A stretch of DNA of 63,687 bases, counting the filler, from Lenisia limosa (lineage: Eukaryota; Protista; Breviatea), in the NCBI GenBank assembly GCA_001655205.1. It is 15 parts of 15 records of this genome, joined end to end, with 100 filler letters (N's around TTAATTAATTAA, not from the genome) between each part and the next. Parts side by side here need not be neighbours in the genome. Positions count along the whole stretch, not along the records: positions 10,567 to 22,333 come from LPNZ01002769.1; positions 22,434 to 23,993 come from LPNZ01010505.1; 13 more parts are not named here. The stretch is one strand, 5' to 3'. This document shows positions 13,020 through 24,093 of this stretch, piece after piece (within the stretch, counting starts at the first letter, position 1; each line of letters opens with the position of its first letter). The translations under genes were made by a program, and so were the position numbers. Under the pieces are notes generated by a model that saw only the letters and a list, made by a program, of their open reading frames with translations, searched no databases and was not told the origin of the DNA.

Positions 13020-16000
13020 GACAGGAACCAGGTTGTTACGGGTTTGCAGGGTGATTGGGAGCGGCTGTTGGACCCGACATGGGCTGAGAAGGGTCAGAAA
13101 AACGGTATTATCAAATGCATGGAATTTGTATAGAAAAAGAAAAGAAAACTTATGATAGTACTAATAATATGACACATTATATCATATACATATCTACTCA
13201 CCTATTATTTTTCCGTAATGTCAGTCTGACAAATACAACCTCAGATTGTGGAGTTAAACCACAAAAGAGGCCCTGGAAAATGAAGCTATTGAAAAATGAA
13301 CACAAAAACCAAAAATATTTTCTGACGAGCACAAGAGAAGTTACCCAGCCCAACTTGAGCGATCTTGTCAGTAATATTCCTAGTTATGCAGCTCCAAGGC
13401 CATGTGGATGCCTTCGCCATCATTGGCTCATGCGACTCACCACTGACGGCAAAATTGGCTCTCTGGGGGTGTAAAATTGGAAAATATATGAAACAAAAAA
13501 AATCCCAAATCAAATCTGTTAGCTGATAACACACAAGGGTTGACACCAAAAAAAAAACAAAAACAAAGCCCAGTCGCTTCTACAGCACCGCATCCCATCA
13601 TTAATTGGGGAGGAGGGGATGAAGAATATTGGCGTAAAGGTACAAATCACGAACCGAATAATCTGAAACTCCAAACAAACAAAAAACAAAAAAGAAGCAA
13701 AAACAAAACACGAGCAACCAACGCTAAAACTAGACAAAAGCCAGATGACAAAACACCAAAACAAGCCCGTCGCTGGGGGAGTGAAAACCGGAATAGATAT
13801 TATGATATAAAATATGGGGGAATGAAACTCTGAATTTGATGTCTTTTATTTATGAGGAGCAATGCACACCCCTCCTCACAGAGGCACAAGAAAGAGACGA
13901 GCAGAGAGTTTGGGCTGTGTCTAATGGAATTTCCAGCGGAGACCAGGAAGCAACTGCAGGGTAAACAACCGAAAAACATCACATTGAAAAACAAATACAC
14001 AGGCTCTCAATATCAAAGAAGACGAAAACAGAGATCATGAAATTACAAATTATTTTCTATGACGTGATGATGTGATTCAGGCCTCGGGGCGTGACACAAC
14101 CTTTAATAGTTTCTAATTTCACCCGATTGGAATTCTGGTTGCTTACCCGGGGGTATGACAACTGAAGAAAGGGGCACACACATTCTAAAAGAGTGAAAAG
14201 GGGGCACAAATGAGATAAATTAGAAGCAAGATGACAATATTGCACTTACCCGTTTTCAAAGCGTGCGACTGGAGTGATAGTGGCACCCGATCCGTCTGGA
14301 TCCACAATTGTCTCCTTCCTTCAGGGGGTAAAACGAAGGTAATTTCGATGAAGAATATTGGTGTAAAGCAACCCAGCAATAAATGTTGGAGGAAATGGAA
14401 ATACCTAAAACAGCTTCCTGTATCCAAATTTGAACAAATGGAGAAACACCAAAGATCCCACCATTTTCTGCTTGCTGTCATTTCCGTCATGTAGCTATGG
14501 TTTCCAGTTACATTATCCTCTGCATTAGCCTTCATAGAGAGGGTAACTTCTGGGCGGAGGAAATGGTAATTAACAAAAGAATTCTTTGGCTGAGAATTTT
14601 AAACTACTTTTTTATGTTTTAACTCATGCGCATCAGCTATTTCTACCAGATCTGTATCATAGATTTATTGGTACCAACATTTCTATATTGAAAAAAAAGG
14701 CAACACAACGAGTATCAGGCACCGCCTACTCGTGTTACTTGCGAGCTTGAGAGAGAACTGCAGAGAACATTGCGGAATTCCTTGAGGATAAGTGAATTAA
14801 CGCATATATGTGTAATTAAAATGACAAAGAAAGAGTTATGACTGAAGTTTTAAAAGCCAACAGCTGACTAAACTCTTCAATATAGTATATATACTATATA
14901 TGATATTGTGATTCATTATTATATTAATGATAGTGCGATAACTTAGGTTAAATACAACTCAATGCCCCACCCCCCCGGACTTTGCGAAATAATGACGGAC
15001 TTATCGCCAAGGTCATGAGGCGATATCGCCGCACTGAGCCCAAGAACATTCTTGCCAAGGGGGATTGAGGCCGATTTATGCGGCTGCAAGGTGAGACCAA
15101 GATGAGACGATTAGAAAACATATCATAGGAAGTATACATACTATACAGTAAGTCTTGACCTATTTTCCTTGGGAAATCATAGCAAATCGGTCAAGAATCA
15201 TCCCGGTCACTGTATCTTGAATCATGGGAAAACGTCCATAATACACACATCGTCTCTCACCTCTCTGTTTTTGAGAGTCCTTGAAAGGGTCTGTGAAGGT
15301 GGCATGTGCTGTAAGGCCTGGATTAGGATCCCTGGAGAGTGATAAGGAGAGTGAAAGGGAGAGTGAAAGGGAGTGAAAGAGGGTATTGAATTGACAAAAC
15401 CCCCAAAAACCAACACGTTATTATCATTATTGTAGTAAATAAGAACGTTTTTATTTCTTATCTCTTTCAAAAGAAAGGGGCCTTGAGATTTGTTGTACCC
15501 TTCCCCCCACGTTGGGTAATCTGTGAGTGGTCACTGGGCAAGGCGATGTGAGGGGCAGCCGAGTCTACACACTTAGAAAAACAAACTCAGAAATAGTGTG
15601 TGTGTTGGGGGTAGCACCAATTTGGGTAGTTCCAAGACACCCCCCCAACCAGAATCCGGACTAGTGGCATCCTGGAGGTTTTCGACACTTTTGCGAACAT
15701 CACCATTGAGCTGAGAGAGACTTTCCTAATATGTTAAGCCTTTGAAGAAACATTCCTTTTTGAGAAAATTGTTCTCTTTGGATGAGAAACTATTATTCCG
15801 TCAACCTTTAATAGGTCTTGTGATTCAGAGAGTACCCGTTATAAATAGAACATCAACAAATAACAACAGTCAAGAACCTGTCACAAAAAAGAGTAAATTC
15901 AACTTTACTTCCCCCTCCCCATTCCCAACGAACACAAAACATTCTGGCTGGCTTGTATAAAGTGTAAAGTTCTGTCAGTCCAGATAGGGCAGTTTCAATA

Positions 16001-19000
16001 ACAGCAACGTTGGTGGACCGTAATGACTCCCTACGCTCATGAGAAGGAAATATTCAAGCGCAAAGTGTGTCAAAAGCGAAATTAGAACTCTAACAGTAGT
16101 AATACAACCGAATGGCAAAAACAAGGAAGTAGCCATATTCCCACAAACATGAGGACGGAATGAAGTCCTTTGGCCACTGTTCGATCAACACCCCTGGAAA
16201 ATAAAGATGTATGCATTTTCAAAAGTATGTTGTGTGATATGATAACTGTGAAGTTATGAGAACTAATAAAAGATTCAAGAAGAAAAGAAACCAGCCAATT
16301 TATACCCCCCCCCCCCNNNNNNNNNNNNNNNNNNNNNNNNNNNNNNNNNNNNNNNNNNNNNNNNNNNNNNNNNNNNNNNNNNNNNNNNNNNNNNNNNNNN
16401 NNNNNNNNNNNNNNNNNNCTGCTACTGCCGTCTGAAGATGTCAGGTAACAATATCACATTCCATAATAAGTTGGCCATGATATACTCCGACTCTTAAAAT
16501 TTATCTTCGCCCTTTTTGATATGGTACAATTAAAACAAACAAAGCCCAGGCCAGTTGCTTCTGCTCACTCCATACCTCGGATATGGGGTTGGAGCACGTG
16601 GTGTTGAACGCAGTGATAGGGCAGTTGGAGAGATTGGATGACACCGACTGAAGGATAAGAGGGGGGGTCCAGCGACAAATCATTAGACATTAGACACATA
16701 TCAAATAGTAGCTATATGATATAGTATATCTAGGGCTTCCCTATCGTCCCAAAAAAGACTGAATTTCTCAATAAATCCTCGATAAATATCGATATTTTAT
16801 TATATTATATACTATGACATGATATGATATACTAGTATATTTTATATGAGATATAGCTATACTACATATAATTGAAACGGTGTCTTTGCCAGACCTAAGT
16901 ACTAATTTTTCTTGAAATCAACACGACTATGGTATGATAAAAACAATACATTTTGCATTTGTGAAACTACTTGTAGCTATATGATAAATAAATATTATCG
17001 AATCCCCNNNNNNNNNNNNNNNNNNNNNNNNNNNNNNNNNNNNNNNNNNNNNNNNNNNNNNNNNNNNNNNNNNNNNNNNNNNNNNNNNNNNNNNNNNNNN
17101 NNNNNNNNNNNNNNNNNNNNNNNNTTCCAATGCTAGAGTTGAGCGAATTACGGCCGAGGGTTGATCTTGAGCGGTAAGAAGAAAACTCTAAAGCTAAGCA
17201 ACAAGGATAAAGGAAAAGACTATGATCAATCAAAATTCCACTATATGTGTGAATTACCTACTTATCACACACAAGTACTAATCACTGATATTGTATACAA
17301 ATACTATCATATTGGAATACTGAATAGCATTGTCATGTTCTTGTCTTTTCAACCCCAGCCAAACATACTGTTTCAGCAACGGGGGAATTGAGGAGGCAGC
17401 TTCATCCACTTTCAAGCTTGGAAGGAGTGCCTTGATAATCTATGTGGTCAGATTTGCTGAATATGTACAGTGAACGGGATAGGTCTTGACCGATTGGTTA
17501 GGTGATTTACCCAGGAGAAGACTTATCCCGGTCACTGTTTTATGATGTCATGTGCATGTATATTCACTATCGCTTATACCATCATAATGCTAACATCACT
17601 AGTATAAAATACAACGTAAAAGGACTGACCTATAAACCTGACAGACCCAAAAATACATGTATATCTGAAATATGAACTAGTATATTATATAATATTATAT
17701 ACTAATACTAATATCATATATTATGTATATCGATATCATATCTAATTTAAGTATTTACAATCAGGAATAATGGCCCTTACCCCTTTATACCTTGATATCA
17801 CCAATATTTCATCCCACCCCCCTTCCCTCCAACTTTCACTGAGAATTCAGCCACTAAGGACGACTCAGCTGAGGGGCGGAATTGGGATGTCAAAAGGGAT
17901 TCTGCTGCTTTAAGCATGACGACCTATAGCGGTAACACCTGGTGCTATTGATTAAATCGCAATACTTAGTATTCATTCGTTATGAGCCTAATTCTTAGAA
18001 CTACTCAGACCTTTGAAATGGATGGATGAATAAGGTATACCGACTCTTCAATAAAAAGAAGGAAGTGTTTTATACAAGTTCAAAATACACAGCTGTGATA
18101 CAGACGCGAAGCCCCCTCCCTACTTTGGAAACGGCGCCCTCTTGACTATTGAAGTCGAAGTTCTCGAGAAGGTACCCCAGGATTTTTAACCCTGTAATGT
18201 CAGAACGAAATGGAAGGGAGCTGCTCAAAATAAAATAATAAGCTAAAGGGAAGAGGCAAGGCGCTTGTTACGTGAAAACTCACTTTGTGATATCAACCTG
18301 AATCTTTACTCCCCTCTTCAGTTCTTAATAATAATACAAGAAGAATATTGGAAAGTAGGTGACATGTCCCCTACCCCATTTCCAGGTGAGCCGTGACGTG
18401 GTGCAGGATTTGGCGGTGGCGCATAGGGCGGACACAAGAAGAGCCCGGAATGATGCGCTAGTTGGTTATTGTGGTATGACTCTGGGAAACAATAGTGCGC
18501 CATCCTCCCCTATATATTATACTCTTTGAAGAAAAATAAAGGAGCTTACAGACACACATACTATCAACAATATTTTCTGCTCCCATCCCCACCCCGAGTG
18601 AGCTGACGAGTTTTGAATCCAGCTGCGGAATTGGTAGCTTGAAAAGAGAGGGTCACAGTCAATCTATAAGGGAATAAAGCCCTGGAAAATGGTTGTAATG
18701 AACAACAGGCGAATACAACCATGTACATGACATACAACACAATCCATTCTATATTTCTAAATCATAATGCACCCCCCACCCCCAACTGGTTTTGAGCTTT
18801 CAGCAGTACCCGCCCAGGCATGGAAAGCCGAAGCTATTACCTCCAATCCAAGAGCTTCGTCTAAGAGGAGGATGATGAATACAAGTTGGACGGTTTACGT
18901 CAAAACTAGCTTCTTTGACATGAACATTACCAGCAAACACACCTCACCATCTTTTGACATGAACTATACCACAGGCCCACCATCAACGTCCTTCTGGACA

Positions 19001-21092
19001 GCCCGACACAGCACCGGAAGTGCAAGTGCGGCTTCGGAACTCGGATAGCAGCCGATTATCCGCGATAGGAGGGTCAGGGCAGAGAACGTTGCTTGGGGGC
19101 TTGGCCAGTCAGGAAAATACATTTCATATGTTGAAAGCAAAATAAATCCGTAATAAAACTCAAATAACTGTGTGAGCAAGTGTTGCTTGTGGACGGCTAG
19201 AAGGAATGTTGCATCATCCAAATACAATTTGGAGAATCCCTCTCATACCCGAAAACGATAACGTCATAAAGGGTCTTCACTGCAAGAGAGGTCTACAAGT
19301 GTGACAAATGTGACAGAGTATATCATATATACGATTTCATATTTGAATGTTATCACCGCGAATTAACATCCACAACCCACCCATTCCGACACGTCACACT
19401 CTTGGTGCGATCTTTCAGCCAAACGGACCAACCAGTAGGCCTGAAAAGTGATCATAAATACGCCTAAAAATTAATAATAAATAGGCCTGAAAATGGAATA
19501 TAATGAATGGTCAAAATTGAACCATATAAATACATATTTAAGAAGTATGATATTAAACAAAAGAGAAGTAGCTTAAACCCTCACACGGCCTCGTATTTCT
19601 CAGTCAGGGTATCATGCATCGCGAGGGACTTCAACAGATCGGCGACCGCACAGCATCGGCAGTCTTCGTGCGGTGTGTTCCCGTCTGCTGCCTGGGGGGG
19701 GGGGNNNNNNNNNNNNNNNNNNNNNNNNNNNNNNNNNNNNNNNNNNNNNNNNNNNNNNNNNNNNNNNNNNNNNNNNNNNNNNNNNNNNNNNNNNNNNNNN
19801 NNNNNNNNNNNNNNNNNNNNNNNNNNNNNNNNNNNNNNNNNNNNNNNNNNNNNNNNNNNNNNNNNNNNNNNNNNNNNNNNNNNNNNNNNNNNNNNNNNNN
19901 NNNNNNNNNNNNNNNNNNNNCCGCGCCACATTTCCGCGTTTTGAAAGTCGGCAACAAGGAGGGTTCTGGTACTGTCGAATTCTGAGAGATCTCCTGCTCT
20001 ATGATCGCAAACTGATGCCACCTAAAACATGAATTAAGTTGAGCCGGGGAAATATAGCTGAGATGAATGAACTCACCGCTTTCCACCCAAGAATGTTCAC
20101 AGCCACGCTTTGGTGCTTGAGAAGAGCCATGAGGAAGGCAGGAAGCTCGTGTGACTACACTGTGAGGAGAACAACGAGCGTTTATCCACAATGGTACCAA
20201 GAAAGAGAAATCCATCCAAACCACTGAATCAGTCTTTTTCAGAACCCCAAGGTAATAAAAATACACATACCTCCATAACAGCAGGGGCCACTTTAACGCA
20301 CAGCGTGACAGCCGCCTCCAGTGGGTCCGTGTTCAACAGTATGGCAGGGAGAAGCTCTTTGAATGCAGCGCTGATGTCCACATCCTGTAGGATTAGGTGA
20401 CAATGACACCACAATGGAAATTTACAATTACTAAGAGAGAGAAAACTGGTATAATAAAATATATCATAAAATCTCTCCATGAAATATCAAGCCAAAGCCG
20501 TATATGCCATTACCTTTATAAGGGACACTCATAATGCACCCAATCTTTTATCTAACCAACTCCGTGCATACCTGGAGGAAATGGAGTGGAATTGTTGAAA
20601 GTAACAGGAGCGCGGCGGTGCTTTCGTTTCGTGCACAGAAGCGTACAACGTTCATCCTGGGCAGTGAAAGGTTTATAGGTTCGTCCTGGGCCAGTCATTC
20701 GCCTCACATACCAGGACTCTTTGTCAAGGTCGAAAGATCCCAAAAGGAAAATGTAATGCTCTCTCATGACTTCATCTTTTGTCATCTCTATTGCTTTCTG
20801 GGGTGGAAAATAAGAGTTAGAGGACAATAAAAAAAGGGAATAGGTATTTGTCACTTATTTGCAAAAACTCAGTTTCACATTTGGGAAAAGTGAAAAATTT
20901 ACAAATAGTGCAAAGGCTGAGAATTCACAATTACCACTCATTATAAATATTGAAACTTGTCCTGCAAACCCAAAAGGCATCTGAAGGGCAATGATCGATC
21001 TCTTCCCCTTGAAAGGCGAAGTCGAGAACTTGGTTAATAAGGCCCGGACCTGTCGTTTCAACATGTTCCAATGACACTATTCGGCCATCCAT
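13020..21092 (-). CDS. Long multi-exon hypothetical gene (possibly more than one); helical ARM/HEAT-like exons in the 5' half
   Basis: More than 20 short GT..AG-bounded exons, e.g. MDGRIVSLEHVETTGPGLINQVLDFAF (ATG 21092), MNVVRFCARNESTAALLLLSTIPLHFLQ, DVDISAAFKELLPAILLNTDPLEAAVTLCVKVAPAVME, TFSALTLLSRIIGCYPSSEAALALPVLCRAVQKD and ILGYLLENFDF. No family recognised. Confidence 0.45.
13463..13760 (-). repeat. Family D repeat (several modules) ending at a minus-strand acceptor
   Basis: Minus strand reads GGAGTTTCAGATTATTCGGTTCGTGATT..GATGCGGTGCTGTAGAAGCGACTGGGC..GCTAACAGATTTGATTTGGG..TTTTCCAATTTTACACCCCCAG, then an exon. Confidence 0.85.
15144..15214. mobile_element. Tc1/mariner-type MITE (family B), TA-flanked
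   Basis: TA-CAGTAAGTCTTGACC...GGTCAAGAATCATCCCGGTCACTG-TA. TIR consensus CAGTGACCGGGATAAGTCTTGACCGATTT is shared with 17466, 24221 and 24886. Confidence 0.75.
16731..16800. mobile_element. hAT-type MITE family A (subtype A2), left part only
   Basis: TAGGGCTTCCCTATCGTCCCAAAAAAGACTGAATTTCTCAATAAATCCTCGATAAATATCGATATTTT. Confidence 0.7.
17466..17539. mobile_element. Tc1/mariner-type MITE (family B)
   Basis: TA-CAGTGAACGGGATAGGTCTTGACCGATT...AAGACTTATCCCGGTCACTG. Confidence 0.78.
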
Positions 21093-21340
21093 GATGAGAG
21101 GGGTGCTGGGAAGACAACCCAGATAACAATGAGTATTATTTCGATCAAGACTCCCTTATAAGATTGTTAGAAAGGTATAAGGAGAACGTATTCTGGAAGA
21201 AGCTTTTTGTTTTTCTGTTTTTTGTGAAATTTTTTGAAGTTTTATATGATATGATCTGTAGGGGACACGACACAGCATTTCAGATTTTTTGCATTTGAAA
21301 AAAAAACCCTTTTGGGCCGTTAATCTTAGCTACTGTCAGA

Positions 21341-22123
21341 ATGGGTGGTAAGCGCTCGGGGAGGATTTGGGAATTCAGAATTTTTTTTCTCACAGAGCAG
21401 GTAAAAAGGACCAGCGTCTGTCCTTTTCACAGAATTTCATTGCTGGAGGAATTGCCGGTGAGATATCAAGTTTTTCCGTTTCACTTTTTCTCATGATCAT
21501 CCAGGTGTGACCTCTCGCACCATCACCTCTCCTCTTGATGTGGTCAAAATCGTTGCTCAGGTAAATACTCAGGGTTTAAAGGGCAGATTTGGTATTTAGC
21601 GGAGTTACTTCTTGTTCTCATACCACAGGTCGGGTCTCGTAGTGAGACCGGAATGACTGGACTGTTCCGTAGTTTGTACCAGGCTGAGGGAATCAAAACT
21701 TTCTGGAAGGGTTTGCTGGGAGAAGTTTTAATTTCAAGTTTCTTGATCATGTAAGGTGAAGGCATTGTGGTACAGGGAAAGTAATGTGATTGACTAACAG
21801 CATTTTTCAAACCCCAATGATAACTGCAGGAAACGGCATTGCCTGTATCCGTCTGTTCCCCTATTCCGCCATCCAGTTTTCTGCCTTCAACTACACCAAG
21901 GTTTGGCAACTCCCTGATATCATGAGCCTTTTCTGACAAAGCAAAACTCCACATCATCAAACAAACCTCCAAGATAACAATATAATACGCGTTGTCTGTA
22001 AAGAAAGCGGAGTCAGATGTACTCTTCCCAGGTATTAACAGTGTTTTACGTTACAGAACCTTCTGGTGGATAAGCATGGCAAGCTCTCTGGTCTCCGAGC
22101 AATGGCTGCTGGTTCCCTAGCTG
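21341..22123 (+). CDS. SLC25A43: Mitochondrial carrier, SLC25A43-like; first six exons, truncated by the scaffold end
   Basis: Spliced: MGGKKDQRLSFSQNFIAGGIAGVTSRTITSPLDVVKIVAQVGSRSETGMTGLFRSLYQAEGIKTFWKGNGIACIRLFPYSAIQFSAFNYTKNLLVDKHGKLSGLRAMAAGSLA. Carries the Px[DE]xxK carrier signature plus AQVG, WKGNxxACxRLFP and DxxGxxS..AGSLAG, which recall SLC25A43. Confidence 0.85.
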
Positions 22124-22433
22124 GTCTGGGGGGTAAAGGAACATAGGGGGTATGATTGAATATAAATACCATCGGAAGGAGGACTTTGCTAAAGCAAAAA
22201 CAAGACCAAATTTCTTAAGTATTAAGGAGTGGATGGACTCTCTAATTTCTTATTATCGTAACTGCAATATTATACCTGTGTTCACCTTTGTTCTCAATAG
22301 TACACCTGTGTTCACCTTTGTTCTCAATAGTACNNNNNNNNNNNNNNNNNNNNNNNNNNNNNNNNNNNNNNNNNNNNTTAATTAATTAANNNNNNNNNNN
22401 NNNNNNNNNNNNNNNNNNNNNNNNNNNNNNNNN

Positions 22434-23699
22434 TGAAAAACGAGCCGATCCTGCAGGACAAGGGCAATCTCGTCAACCTCTACATCGAGGGAGAGTTCGA
22501 GGCTCTCATGGTGGGGGCGGAGGTATAGTATCAGGCTGGAACGTTCATGGAAAAAACAAATATAACACTGAGCGTGGACCCAAACATGTTGTGATGGGAT
22601 AAAAGACTGATAAACATGTTGTGATGGGATAAAGGACCGATAAATTATCGATTATTATCTGGGAAATTCAGTCTTTTTTGGGACCGCAGTGAAGCCCTAG
22701 ATATATTTTATGGTAGTCATATTGACCCTCCAGTTGGCGCCTGGAATGGAGACGGTGGACGAGGAAACGACCGAAATGATGCTGAAGGCCCTTCAGGATG
22801 TCATTCTAGCCAGGTGCTTCAATGAGTGGGGGGGGGGGGGNNNNNNNNNNNNNNNNNNNNNNNNNNNNNNNNNNNNNNNNNNNNNNNNNNNNNNNNNNNN
22901 NNNNNNNNNNNNNNNNNNNNNNNNNNCGCTCCAGGCTATTCTCACCCTACGGAGTCATTGATATCGAGAAGGACAGTGTGTTCTCTGCCCACATCAGAAG
23001 CTTGCAGTGGGTGGTGGCATTGTGAAAACGGGATCAAAATTTCTTATAACAACATTAAGCACCAGAATTGTGCTGTCCACTTGGTTTCTTGACCCTTTCC
23101 AGGAGCTACCCCTTCAACCACCCGGTATACGACATCAACATGGTATACAAAGACAGCGCACCTTGGTTCGAAGCTCAAAAAGGTATGGTGGGACTACATG
23201 GGGGACTGCCAGCATCTAAGTATTCACCTGACAGCGTTTTAAGTGCTGAATCTCAGCGTCTAAGTATTCACCGTAGTCAACTTCTCACCCCGCAGAGCTT
23301 CAGAAGCTGAATTACGCCACCTCTCCGAACTACAAAGTGCCATGCATCTCCAGGGCTGCCCGAATCATCATTGGTTGGATTTTATAACTTCGCATTTATG
23401 GACTGTTTCAACACAAAAAGCGAAAAGCTTCTGTTGGATTTCGGTTGCTTCATCTTACGAAGCGACTGGCCTGGGCTTTGTTTATTTTGATGTTATGAAN
23501 NNNNNNNNNNNNNNNNNNNNNNNNNNNNNNNNNNNNNNNNNNNNNNNNNNNNNNNNNNNNNNNNNNNNNNNNNNNNNNNNNNNNNNNNNNNNNNNNNNNN
23601 NNNNNNNNNNNNNNNNNNNNNNNNNNNNNNNNNNNTCCTTCCCATTCTGGTGTATGTTCTGGTCCAAGCAAACCCCCCACGACTGCTCGCTAATGTCCA
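22434..23699 (+). CDS. VPS9-domain Rab5 guanine-nucleotide exchange factor, internal fragment
   Basis: Exons LFSPYGVIDIEKDSVFSAHIRSLQ / SYPFNHPVYDINMVYKDSAPWFEAQK / ELQKLNYATSPNYKVPCISRAARII / FLPILVYVLVQANPPRLLANVQ. Canonical VPS9 (D)FLPxLxYVxxxANPPxLxxNxQ motif. Confidence 0.88.
22640..22699. mobile_element. hAT-type MITE family A, right part only, preceded by a local ~30 bp duplication
   Basis: ...AAATTCAGTCTTTTTTGGGACCGCAGTGAAGCCCTA. The string AAACATGTTGTGATGGGATAAA is duplicated just upstream. Confidence 0.65.
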
Positions 23700-23761
23700 G
23701 TACGGGGGGAGGGTATCTTTTCTAACCAAAAGAGCAGGATTTTACAATGTAGTTCAATGGT

Positions 23762-23861
23762 TAGGGCTTCTCTTCGGTTCGAAAAAGACCGGTAAAATAT
23801 CGATAGTTTTCGAGGATTTATAGAGCAATTCAGTCTTTTTTCGAACTGAAGTGAAGCCTTA
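23762..23861. mobile_element. hAT-type MITE family A (subtype A1), full length
   Basis: TAGGGCTTCTCTTCGGTTCGAAAAAGA...TCTTTTTTCGAACTGAAGTGAAGCCTTA, flanked by TCAATGGT / CCAATGGT (7/8 match, 8-bp TSD). Confidence 0.88.
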
Positions 23862-24093
23862 CCAATGGTTTTTGAACCCTTAAGGTCTGTGACATTCTTC
23901 CTCATTTTCACCCCGGATTGATTAGTACCTTTACGCCAATATTCTTCATCGAAATGTCCTTCGTTTCACCCCCATTGTTGATGTAGTTTACTTNNNNNNN
24001 NNNNNNNNNNNNNNNNNNNNNNNNNNNNNNNNNNNNNTTAATTAATTAANNNNNNNNNNNNNNNNNNNNNNNNNNNNNNNNNNNNNNNNNNNN

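Noticed and set aside
14230-14545. F-box motif in the long minus-strand gene
   Set aside because: The F-box-like frame is not in phase with the next exon, so the similarity is too weak to call.
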